Of a stretch of DNA of 64,000 bases, positions 38,602 to 46,799 are shown piece after piece (positions within the stretch are counted from its first letter, which is position 1; each line of letters begins with the position of its first letter). The notes under the pieces are model-generated. The model was not told the DNA's origin, made no database searches, and saw only the letters and a list, made by a program, of their open reading frames with translations. Source of the stretch: a virus; the IMG/VR virus record IMGVR_UViG_3300045988_174813. One strand, written 5' to 3'. The translations under genes and the position numbers were made by a program.

Positions 38602-38630
38602 TTGAATAATTTCAAAATATATTGTATAAT
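38602..38630 (+). promoter_or_regulatory. sigma-A type promoter
   Basis: TTGAAT-17-TATAAT. Confidence 0.65.
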
Positions 38631-38665
38631 ATATACATAAAGTAAAGAAGAAAGGAAACACTAAA

Positions 38666-39037
38666 ATGAAAACCTATCCTATTGAGAAGTACAAGTTCAT
38701 TATCCTTCCTGAGCAGAAGAAAGTCATTGCGCTTACTTCGTATGCTGGTAAAACTGTAAAGGGTGTTGCCGTGTGCAGTGAACATGATGAATTTGATATT
38801 GAAACGGGCAAACGGCTTGCTGCCGCGCGAGCCAATGTAAAGGTAGCAATGAAGCGTAAGGCGCGTGCCGAGAAGAAGCTGGCATACTTTGATAAAATTA
38901 TTGAAGATGTCGAGCGTGAGTATCATGAGCTTGAAGGTTATGCTTATGATGCTGGCGAACGATGGGAAAACGCGATTGATGAACTGGCTGGTGTGCTGAA
39001 TGATGTTGGCGCGCTTGAGCCGATGGATATTGAGTAA
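38666..39037 (+). CDS. hypothetical protein
   Basis: GAAAGGAAA RBS; 123 aa. Confidence 0.55.
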   Translation: MKTYPIEKYKFIILPEQKKVIALTSYAGKTVKGVAVCSEHDEFDIETGKRLAAARANVKVAMKRKARAEKKLAYFDKIIEDVEREYHELEGYAYDAGERWENAIDELAGVLNDVGALEPMDIE

Positions 39038-39048
39038 GGAGTAAATTT

Positions 39049-39645
39049 ATGGGTCGGTGCGAAAGTAAGTATTGTGAAAAATGTGGGTGTTATGTGCCTG
39101 AGGGAGAGACAGCGTGTGTTTCTTGTGGGTATGATCCTACTCCAAAGCCTGTGCGCCGACCTGATCCTCTTGCAGATATGTATGCGCGAGACCCTTGGGC
39201 GATAGCGCAGTATCATACTCCTTTACCCATGGATTACGCACAACTGGTGAATGTGGCACCGAAGGTAAGACAGATGACTCTGAATGAAGTGCTTGATGAG
39301 TTGAAAATGGAAGATAAGTATGAGCGGTCCGCGCGAGCAATGAGTCAGATTTTTTGTTCAACTGCTCAAGCCTCTGAAGCTTTTACTCAACTTGCACGAG
39401 ACCATCAAGATGCGCAGAAACAGGTAATATTGCATGAATTTCTTTGGGCAAAAGGCGGAAAGGGCAATTCTTCAATAGTCACAACTCCAAATTGTATCAA
39501 AAATGAGATGGATAGAAATTGTTTGGAACTTTGTGAATATTGTTCTTTGGAACAAGAGAGAAAAGATATATATACTCACAGGATTATTAGAACATACAAA
39601 TGTTTGAAACATCCTCATGTGTCTTATATAAGTGTAATCAACTAA
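39049..39645 (+). CDS. zinc-ribbon protein
   Basis: CEKCG..CVSCG N-terminus; 198 aa. Confidence 0.55.
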   Translation: MGRCESKYCEKCGCYVPEGETACVSCGYDPTPKPVRRPDPLADMYARDPWAIAQYHTPLPMDYAQLVNVAPKVRQMTLNEVLDELKMEDKYERSARAMSQIFCSTAQASEAFTQLARDHQDAQKQVILHEFLWAKGGKGNSSIVTTPNCIKNEMDRNCLELCEYCSLEQERKDIYTHRIIRTYKCLKHPHVSYISVIN

Positions 39646-39647
39646 AT

Positions 39648-39741
39648 GGGCGTCTAATCCTAATTGGCTAAGGAAATAGTCTTGAAAACTATTAGTAGCA
39701 TCGTAAGGTGTGTCTCGGTTCAAGTCCGAGGGCGCTCGCCA
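39648..39741 (+). tRNA. tRNA-Ser (UGA)
   Basis: Anticodon arm ATAGT-CTTGAAA-ACTAT, long variable arm, T arm CTCGG-TTCAAGT-CCGAG, G73, CCA. Confidence 0.8.
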
Positions 39742-39743
39742 TG

Positions 39744-39856
39744 AATAGAATAGTAGGGTTAGCCTGTTCCGTGGTGATACGCGGGTCGCACCTTTGAGAA
39801 CGCCTTGTATACGGGTAAAACAGAGCACAAGCCGGCAATGTTCTCTCTATTCTATT
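39744..39856 (+). ncRNA. ~115-nt structured spacer closed by a 10-bp helix
   Basis: AATAGAATAG (39744) pairs with CTATTCTATT (39847). Confidence 0.35.
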
Positions 39857-39862
39857 TTATAT

Positions 39863-39950
39863 GCGGAGTAAATCCAGAAGGTCTGGAGCCTACCTGCTAA
39901 GTAGTGCGTAGTCGTAAGGCTATATGAATCGTTTTCATTGCTCCGCGCCA
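39863..39950 (+). tRNA. atypical tRNA-Ser (GCU)-like
   Basis: Acceptor GCGGAGT/GCTCCGC, loop CTGCTAA, long variable region, CCA; T loop lacks TTC and the D arm is aberrant. Confidence 0.45.
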
Positions 39951-39953
39951 TAT

Positions 39954-39996
39954 GCCAGAGATTGGTGTTGAGTGGGTTCGAATCCCACCGCTGGCA
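39954..39996 (+). other. acceptor/T-arm minihelix (tRNA lacking D and anticodon arms)
   Basis: GCCAGAG-11 nt-GTGGG-TTCGAAT-CCCAC-CGCTGGC-A; no CCA. Confidence 0.4.
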
Positions 39997-40073
39997 TCGA
40001 GGGCTTTTGCAATAAGCCCAAGAGATTGCAATCATGTATATTGGGAGGAGTTGAGACCCTACCCAATATATAT

Positions 40074-40148
40074 GCCTTCGTAGTATAATGGCTATTACTT
40101 CGGATTTGTAACCCGAAGATAGGTGTTCAATTCACCTCGAAGGCTCCA
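40074..40148 (+). tRNA. tRNA-Thr (UGU)
   Basis: Acceptor GCCTTCG/CGAAGGC, loop TTTGTAA, T arm AGGTG-TTCAATT-CACCT, CCA. Confidence 0.8.
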
Positions 40149-40648
40149 TTACCGCACGGATGGCCATGGTTCCAATATGACGGTATTACTTCTATATTGA
40201 AGGTTTGGTGCGGTATATAAATGAATATGGGTCTAAATTCAAATGGTAGAGCCTTCATTTGAATAACAAAGTGTGATAAATGTGAACAGATAGAGCGCTA
40301 AGCGCACGGGTCTTCTAGGGGCCTTCTCTATCATCTATGCTCTAATAGTTTAGTAGGAAAAATACCGGCATCGTTGCCGGAGAGAGCGGTTCGAATCCGT
40401 GAAGGGGCCGTGGTTCTTCCACCACGAAGAGAAGCGGGTGGTTTCCACCGTTAGGAAACTAAGATACCGAGTGACACGTGGTATCTATGGGAGGATACGT
40501 TGACTTCCACTGTTGGTCTCCTCAACAGTAATGTAGATGGAGTGACATCCGGAAAAGAGCGGAATAGCGCATTCGACGTTGTGATGTGCGCCATAGGTAT
40601 ATGGCCGGAAAAAAGATACCCATCCCGTCTGCGAGGACGGGAGCCTAT
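40149..40648 (+). ncRNA. ~500-nt ORF-free structured spacer (large ncRNA candidate)
   Basis: Helices TACCGCAC/GTGCGGTA 40151-40215, GATACC/GGTATC 40463-40485, CTGTTG/CAACAG, CCCGTC/GACGGG 40623-40640; holds a tRNA 5'-half-like copy at 40339. Confidence 0.4.
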
Positions 40649-40729
40649 CCTCTAATAGCAAAGTGGTAATGCATACCATCCCAAGTTTACGTAAGAAGGT
40701 AACCATTGGTTCGAGTCCAATTTAGAGGA
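40649..40729 (+). tRNA. tRNA-like gene with an enlarged anticodon region
   Basis: Perfect acceptor CCTCTAA/TTAGAGG, D arm GCA-AAGTGGTAA-TGC, T arm ATTGG-TTCGAGT-CCAAT; TACC..GGTA encloses 20 nt; no CCA. Confidence 0.4.
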
Positions 40730-40730
40730 C

Positions 40731-40756
40731 GCCCGCATAGCGGGCTATTTTATTTT
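40731..40756 (+). terminator. rho-independent terminator ending the tRNA island
   Basis: GCCCGC-atag-GCGGGC, then TATTTTATTTT. Confidence 0.7.
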
Positions 40757-40771
40757 ATGGAGAGATGAATT

Positions 40772-41608
40772 ATGGATTATTTGGGTTATAAGACGATAAG
40801 ACTTAATGATGAAGCATTGAGCCAACTCTATACCAATGGAAATTTAGGTGCGGACGCGCCCGAATTTTTGGTGAATGAGTATCTTATAGCAACAGATAAA
40901 GATGATAATCCAGTGGACTATTTTAGGTATACCACTGATGGGATTTTCGTTCGTGTTCCATTTCTCACTATGTCATCTAATCGTGGAGAAAAGTTGAAAC
41001 CACGCAATCAAGAACAAAGAATTGCTTTTGATTTGATGAAAAATAAAGATGTCCCAGTCAAACTGCTTACAGGAACATGGGGCGCGGGTAAGACAATTGC
41101 CTTGATTGGACAAGCTATGGAAGATCTAGAAGCTGGTGTGTTTGAAAAAATTACTTGGGTACGTAATAATGTACAGGTAAAAGACACTGATGCTCTTGGC
41201 GCGTTGCCTGGCTCTTCCGAGAGTAAAATGTTGCCATATGTAATGCCTTTTGCTGACCACTGTGGTGGGACAGAGGCCGTTGAACAGATGATTGAAATGG
41301 GTCTTTTGGAAGTAATTCCTCTTGGCTTTTTGCGCGGGCGCAGTATTCGCAATTCAGTTATTCTATGTTCAGAGGCAGAAAACCTTACTAAGCAACATAT
41401 CCAACTGCTTCTTGGTCGTCTGGATACTGGAAGTCAGTTATGGTTTGATGCAGATGTACGCCAGCGAGATAGAGAAGCTTTTGTAAAATCTGCGGGTATT
41501 GAGACTATGGTTGAACGATTGAAAGGAAACCCCCTATTTGGATATGTCCATCTACAAAAATCTGAACGGTCGCCTGCTAGTAGGCTGGCTGACCTTTTGA
41601 ATGACTAA
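40772..41608 (+). CDS. phoH: PhoH-like ATPase
   Basis: GTWGAGKT Walker A, ..LGALPGS..K..P..RGRS..N..I..EA.N......LGR...GS......D..Q.D. Confidence 0.85.
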   Translation: MDYLGYKTIRLNDEALSQLYTNGNLGADAPEFLVNEYLIATDKDDNPVDYFRYTTDGIFVRVPFLTMSSNRGEKLKPRNQEQRIAFDLMKNKDVPVKLLTGTWGAGKTIALIGQAMEDLEAGVFEKITWVRNNVQVKDTDALGALPGSSESKMLPYVMPFADHCGGTEAVEQMIEMGLLEVIPLGFLRGRSIRNSVILCSEAENLTKQHIQLLLGRLDTGSQLWFDADVRQRDREAFVKSAGIETMVERLKGNPLFGYVHLQKSERSPASRLADLLND

Positions 41609-41615
41609 TCTCCAG

Positions 41616-41643
41616 GAGGCTCGTACAAACGAGCCTCTTTTTT
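41616..41643 (+). terminator. rho-independent terminator
   Basis: GAGGCTCG-6 nt-CGAGCCTC, then TTTTTT. Confidence 0.8.
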
Positions 41644-41704
41644 AGAATATATAGTATACAAAATCTACTTATAGTTAGAAGAATAACTTATAGGTGGTGA
41701 GTGT

Positions 41705-43405
41705 ATGGCTGGCAAGCTATGGCATGCCTTTGGATAGCAAGGTACTTTTGTATACTATAAGCGCCTTGCAACTGATGCTTTAGTAAATCCTTCTCTTGGA
41801 GGACTATATAAGCATTCATTGGGGCAACTTGAAATGTCTTCTATACTTGGAAAAGTGAAGAATAAAGATATATCGCGGTCTCTTCGTGCGCAAGCATCTG
41901 TGGAGTTAAACAAAGAGCTTACTGCTTTGCAAAATGCCTGGGGCATAAGTTTTCCTGCTTCTGTCGTGAATGGGTAGTATTTTTATGATGGGCTGATTAG
42001 GGCTATTAATACACAAATACAAACTAATGCGGTGTATTAGCGTAATAAAGACCGTTTAGAGTATACCAATAAGCAAGGTAAACGAAATGCTCTTGCAAAA
42101 ATAGATGCGACGCAGTTCTTTGGAACATATTTTGAAAAACAATGGAAAGCAAATTATAAACAGATATAGGCTGAGTTAACAAGTAATATGACTGGTGATA
42201 ATCTTGTCCAACTTGTTGAGAGTACTCTAAATAACTGGCTTCCAACTTTATTAAATAATGCTCTTATAGATATGATGTCTAGTCAAGCGTTTGATGTGCG
42301 CTGGAATACACCAGAAGCTATAGCGGGTAATTAGCGCTGGGAACAGGATACTGCTTATAGAGATATGGTTGCCCAACTCCAAAAATACGGCGCAGATATG
42401 TAGAATAATCAGATATTACAATAGGTATGGAAAACGTATAATTTTGATGGGTTACTCGATGCACTTACTAAATCTATTACTGCTTCCGCGAAAGCAGAGA
42501 CTTCTACTAAGGATTTAAGTAAAGTTCTTTCTAAACAAGTTTCTAAAGTAGTGGGGCGCGCATCTACGGCAGGTAATTTAGCTGAAATCATTTGGAGTTA
42601 GCTGGTTGCAAGTGTAAATAGTGGTCCTGACTTTAGTGTAATGCATACTGGCGCGCGCAATCAATAGAAAGCCGACTTTATGATTTTCTTTCGCGCGAAT
42701 GCCCAAGACTTTCTAAGTAAGCAAAGTGAGATTATTGCTGAGCAAAAAGCTGACGATGAAGAAAGTATACGTATACAAAACATTATTGCAACTAACGGGG
42801 CATCATAGTTTTTAGCGAGTAATTCGATAGGTTATAATTTTATTGCTTACGTGAACGCAAAGAATTACACTCTCAATGATAGTTTTAGCGGATTTAGCGC
42901 AGGTTCCGCAATGGGCATGGGAGATATTGAACGTATGTTAAATATGATTCCTGGTGTAAGTTAGAATGGTGTATGGAGTCTAATTTCTTCTCTTATTCAA
43001 TTCGGAGATGGTGCGATTGGTGCGGGGACCGGCATGGAACAGGATCTTATGAATCAAATGAGTGAAGTCATTGCTAATTTTTTATTTGATGACTATGCAA
43101 CTTTGTGCTCTGATATAAGTGGTTCTACAAGTAGCAGTATTCATTTATTTGCTCTTGATGGGATATATATACCACTTTCTTTTTTTTTGAATATAAGTGC
43201 AGATGCTATTGATATAGGATGGGAAGAAGCGCAAGATTATTTTAATTTTGAACTTCATACTGTGCCTATACTTTATGGGGATTTGGCTCTTGATGAATAT
43301 ACGCCCGAAATGTGGGAGACACAAAGAGCTGATGCGCTTGCAAGAACTAAGATAAGTATGAGTTTTTTAAAGTCTTTTCAGACGCTTATTGGTTCTTTAA
43401 TATAA
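41705..43405 (+). CDS. 566-aa protein of unknown function (11 sense TAG)
   Basis: GGTGGTGAG RBS, ATG 41705; single frame to TAA 43403-43405; contains ORF 43034-43405; all 11 internal stops are TAG. Confidence 0.7.
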
Positions 43406-43407
43406 TT

Positions 43408-43436
43408 TTGATTTATTTCAAAATTTATGGTATAAT
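43408..43436 (+). promoter_or_regulatory. sigma-A type promoter
   Basis: TTGATT-17-TATAAT. Confidence 0.65.
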
Positions 43437-43462
43437 ATACATATAAAATAAGGAGAAAGCCT

Positions 43463-43870
43463 ATGGATGATTTTGAAACTACTTTTGAAAAAGAATTTCC
43501 AGGCGTGCATATTGTCGGCGCGAAAACCGTAAGACGATGGGATTTACTTATGATAATTCTATCTATTGCAGTTTGTATTGTGACAATATTTACCGCGCGC
43601 TTAGCATATTTCAAAAGTATATTTATATTTGTATGTATATGTGTGATTGGTGTGGGCGCACTATATTATTTGATTAGGTCGATTATCCCTAATAAAAGCG
43701 ATAGGTTGATTGTAGAAATTGATAAGGATGCTAATTGGAAACAGATTGTATCTTATTTTATGGTAGAAGCAACTAATGAGAATGGCGTATATGTTATTGA
43801 AGAAAGAATGAGGCCGTATCTTGTAAAAATAGATAGAATTGATGATGAGGATGAGGATGATAACGAATGA
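43463..43870 (+). CDS. membrane protein with acidic tail
   Basis: Two TM helices; C-terminal DDEDEDDNE. Confidence 0.55.
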   Translation: MDDFETTFEKEFPGVHIVGAKTVRRWDLLMIILSIAVCIVTIFTARLAYFKSIFIFVCICVIGVGALYYLIRSIIPNKSDRLIVEIDKDANWKQIVSYFMVEATNENGVYVIEERMRPYLVKIDRIDDEDEDDNE

Positions 43871-44025
43871 GTACAATTATGTTTTGGGTTGTGTTTGTAA
43901 TGTGTATGTATGGCGCGCTCAGTAGTTTTTTAGAGTATCGAAATTCTAAAAATAGAAACCAGCTTGGTTGGTCTATTGGCTGGCTTATGCTGTGCGCGAT
44001 GAATATTATAGTAGAACTTATTTGA
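43867..44025 (+). CDS. small membrane protein
   Basis: ATGA coupling; 52 aa, two hydrophobic helices. Confidence 0.45.
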   Translation: MSTIMFWVVFVMCMYGALSSFLEYRNSKNRNQLGWSIGWLMLCAMNIIVELI

Positions 44026-44055
44026 GAGGGGTTATATATCCCTCTCTTTTATTTT
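44024..44055 (+). terminator. rho-independent terminator
   Basis: GAGAGGGG-8 nt-CCCTCTC, then TTTT. Confidence 0.7.
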
Positions 44056-44061
44056 ATAAAT

Positions 44062-44090
44062 TTGAAATTTTTGAAAAGATATGGTATAAT
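44062..44090 (+). promoter_or_regulatory. sigma-A type promoter
   Basis: TTGAAA-17-TATAAT. Confidence 0.65.
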
Positions 44091-44122
44091 ATATATAGAA
44101 AATGAGAAAGGGGCTTTGATTT

Positions 44123-44962
44123 ATGACTGACGTTGAGAAGATGGAATGTGCTGGCATTGCGCTGAGTTTCTTTAAGGACAATGATGCAATGAATAAGCCC
44201 CTTTGGTATGATGAGTATAATGAACATACTTGCTCGAAGGGTATGGTTAGAGAAGGTGCATCTAAGGCGGTTATTATTGCTGATGATTGCGATTATGTCG
44301 TGAAGGTTCCTTTCAATGGCACTACACAGAGCGGTGATATTTGCATTCATTGTGAGATGTGCCCGAAGTATAAAGAGTGGGAAGAGCAGTGCGCCATTCG
44401 CAGGGAAGAAATCCAGAAGAAAGTAGATGCTAGTGGGCGTCCTTGGTGGGAGTGCGCGCGTGAGGTTCCTCACATTGATGACCCTTGCGATGGGTGCGAT
44501 AATTGTGAGTATGAAGATTTCCATGAGGAATTTACTGGCGCGGGTTGCTTCTACCGCTTTGATAATGATGTAGATTTTAAGGAAGATGACTATTGCGGTT
44601 CTGAGGCCTGGCTGTATGCGCGTGCTTGCGAGTGGGGTGTAGAAGAGGCTTTTCTGGAAATTGAGAAGCTTGGTGAAGTATGCGCGCACCCTGTGTATGT
44701 GCAGAAGAGAGTGGCTTTTGATAAGACAAAGACTTGCTCTGAGGACAGTAAGAAGCGCTTCAAGTCTCTTCATCCCAATCAGTATACCATTGGCGAAGTG
44801 CTTGGTGGAATGCTGATTGACGCATATGGGGAAGACTTTACTGAAGAATTATATCGGTTCATCAAGTTTTATGGTATTGATGACCTGCATAATGGAAATT
44901 GGACAATTGTTGATGGCAAGCCGAAGATTGTGGATTACGGTGGATATAAGGAGTGCAACTGA
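44123..44962 (+). CDS. Cys-rich protein with kinase-like catalytic motifs
   Basis: YVVKVP (Lys), DLHNGNW (HRD..N-like), IVDYGG (DFG-like). Confidence 0.35.
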   Translation: MTDVEKMECAGIALSFFKDNDAMNKPLWYDEYNEHTCSKGMVREGASKAVIIADDCDYVVKVPFNGTTQSGDICIHCEMCPKYKEWEEQCAIRREEIQKKVDASGRPWWECAREVPHIDDPCDGCDNCEYEDFHEEFTGAGCFYRFDNDVDFKEDDYCGSEAWLYARACEWGVEEAFLEIEKLGEVCAHPVYVQKRVAFDKTKTCSEDSKKRFKSLHPNQYTIGEVLGGMLIDAYGEDFTEELYRFIKFYGIDDLHNGNWTIVDGKPKIVDYGGYKECN

Positions 44963-45423
44963 TGGGTTGGAACAAGATTACGAATGGGCTTTTTCCTTAC
45001 AAGCCTAAGTTTTGTTGGAGGAATATAAAGAGGTTTCCCTGCCTCTTCCGGAGAATAGGGTATGTTTTGAAGCATGGATATAGTCCTATTGCTCGCTGGG
45101 ACTATAATGCTTGGTTTATTGATACGACGAAAGATATTTTTACAGAGTATCTAAAGTATCATGCTGGGTATAAGATTATTGATGAAACGAAAAATGAAGA
45201 GTGGAACCGTCAGGCTTGGGAGAACGTCATCAAAGAGATGATTGACTGTCTTGAACGAATGGATGAAAGTCAATACTATGATACCAAGCCTTGTAAATAT
45301 GATGAAACTGGAAACAAAGACGACTTGATGAAGTGGTATGATGAAGTTTGGAAAGAGATGGAAATTGCAAAGCGACGTTTCTTTCTTCTCTTCAATAAAT
45401 ACTTTTATGATTTATGGGATTGA
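44953..45423 (+). CDS. hypothetical protein
   Basis: 156-aa ORF, overlapping junction. Confidence 0.55.
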   Translation: MQLMGWNKITNGLFPYKPKFCWRNIKRFPCLFRRIGYVLKHGYSPIARWDYNAWFIDTTKDIFTEYLKYHAGYKIIDETKNEEWNRQAWENVIKEMIDCLERMDESQYYDTKPCKYDETGNKDDLMKWYDEVWKEMEIAKRRFFLLFNKYFYDLWD

Positions 45424-45435
45424 GAGGTAATATAA

Positions 45436-45705
45436 ATGGGAATTGAAAAATATAAAATTTTACCTTCGCGTCTGGTCGGAAGTGGAGATAATGACTATGA
45501 TGTGTTTAGGTTCGATGATGACGATCATAAGCAGATAATTTGTTTTCTTCAAGAAGATAAGGATGAACAAGATATTTGTTATGATATAAAGATTGTTGAT
45601 TATATCCTTCTTGGAGAGTGTATGCGCGAGCCAGAATTTGCTAAATGGTTGTATTATACCATTTTGACGTTGAACTCTGTAGCACAGGGAAGAAAAAAGA
45701 AATGA
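45436..45705 (+). CDS. hypothetical protein (paralog of the next gene)
   Basis: GAGAGG RBS; shares ..Y(D/E)(V/I)..(F/W)D...H....(C/F)..(I/F)(C/L)F.. with 45702. Confidence 0.5.
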   Translation: MGIEKYKILPSRLVGSGDNDYDVFRFDDDDHKQIICFLQEDKDEQDICYDIKIVDYILLGECMREPEFAKWLYYTILTLNSVAQGRKKK

Positions 45706-45971
45706 TATTCAAAGACTACGAACTGCGTTTGCTGGCTGGCGCGGATGACACATATGAGATTGTCAAATGGGATAAACATCATAAGAGTTGTTTCGTCATT
45801 TGCTTTTTGAAGTATGACCCTAAAGAAAGATGCTATGATGTTGAAAATGTAGGGATGAGACCCTTTGAAGCTTGCGCGAACACAAAAGGCTTTGCGGGTT
45901 GGATACAGAAGATAGTTGAAACGTTGAATTATGTCCGTGTCTTTGAAGATGAGGATGATTTTGAGGAGTAA
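45702..45971 (+). CDS. hypothetical protein
   Basis: ATG 45702, ATGA overlap. Confidence 0.5.
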   Translation: MIFKDYELRLLAGADDTYEIVKWDKHHKSCFVICFLKYDPKERCYDVENVGMRPFEACANTKGFAGWIQKIVETLNYVRVFEDEDDFEE

Positions 45972-45974
45972 ATT

Positions 45975-46133
45975 ATGGATGGATTTATTGATTATAATGT
46001 ATTCAATGAATTGCTGACTGAGTTATGCGACCGTTGTGATATGTATTGGATCGACGGATATTGTGCGAAGAGCTGCAAATGGGCAAAGTATCGAGATTTT
46101 GCTTCAACAGAATTACATAAAGAAAAAGATTGA
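45975..46133 (+). CDS. small Cys-rich protein
   Basis: GAGGAG RBS; 52 aa, CDRCD..C..SC. Confidence 0.45.
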   Translation: MDGFIDYNVFNELLTELCDRCDMYWIDGYCAKSCKWAKYRDFASTELHKEKD

Positions 46134-46158
46134 TTTTTCTATAAATTTATAGTATAAT
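46130..46158 (+). promoter_or_regulatory. sigma-A type promoter
   Basis: TTGATT-17-TATAAT. Confidence 0.65.
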
Positions 46159-46184
46159 ATATATAGAAAGTGAGGGAAAGATGT

Positions 46185-46799
46185 ATGGCTGATTTCTATG
46201 TTGCGCCGTCCTATCGTGGCTACTCTATTCTGCGCGGACCCTATACCAAAGATAGAAAAGAGTATGCGATAATTGACTTCAAAGGAAAAGAAAAAGAAAT
46301 CCGTATCTACCGCCAACCGCAAAAGAGTTGGAAGGAGCCCGCGCCAACTAAGTCTGCTCCTGTGGTTGACCCTACATCGAAACCTCACTATGAAGAAGTT
46401 GACGGGTGTATGCGCGCAGTAGGATTGAAAGATGCTACACTCGCATCGCTCATTGGCTTTGGAGAGCAAGGCTACATTGATATTGTAGTGTTGAAAGATG
46501 GACTCGCGCGAACTGAATTTTGGAAGTATACGTCAATGAATGGGTTGCATCCCTTCCGGCATAATCGTATGATTGGAGTATATCTGCCCGAAGGAATTGA
46601 GTGCCCCAAGAACGTAAAGCTTTCTTTCGCGCGAGCTACCAAATCTGACCTTTTGGTCGATGATAATACTTGGCGTCCGCGCGAAGAAGTATTGGATAGA
46701 CTTTGGGAACTGCGTGGAGAAACCCCTGAATTAGTAACCTATGAATGGAAATTTACTTCTAAGGAAGCCTTAGAGAAATGGAAGGAGAATAAAAAATGA
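46185..46799 (+). CDS. hypothetical protein
   Basis: GTGAGGGAAAG leader, ATG 46185. Confidence 0.6.
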   Translation: MADFYVAPSYRGYSILRGPYTKDRKEYAIIDFKGKEKEIRIYRQPQKSWKEPAPTKSAPVVDPTSKPHYEEVDGCMRAVGLKDATLASLIGFGEQGYIDIVVLKDGLARTEFWKYTSMNGLHPFRHNRMIGVYLPEGIECPKNVKLSFARATKSDLLVDDNTWRPREEVLDRLWELRGETPELVTYEWKFTSKEALEKWKENKK

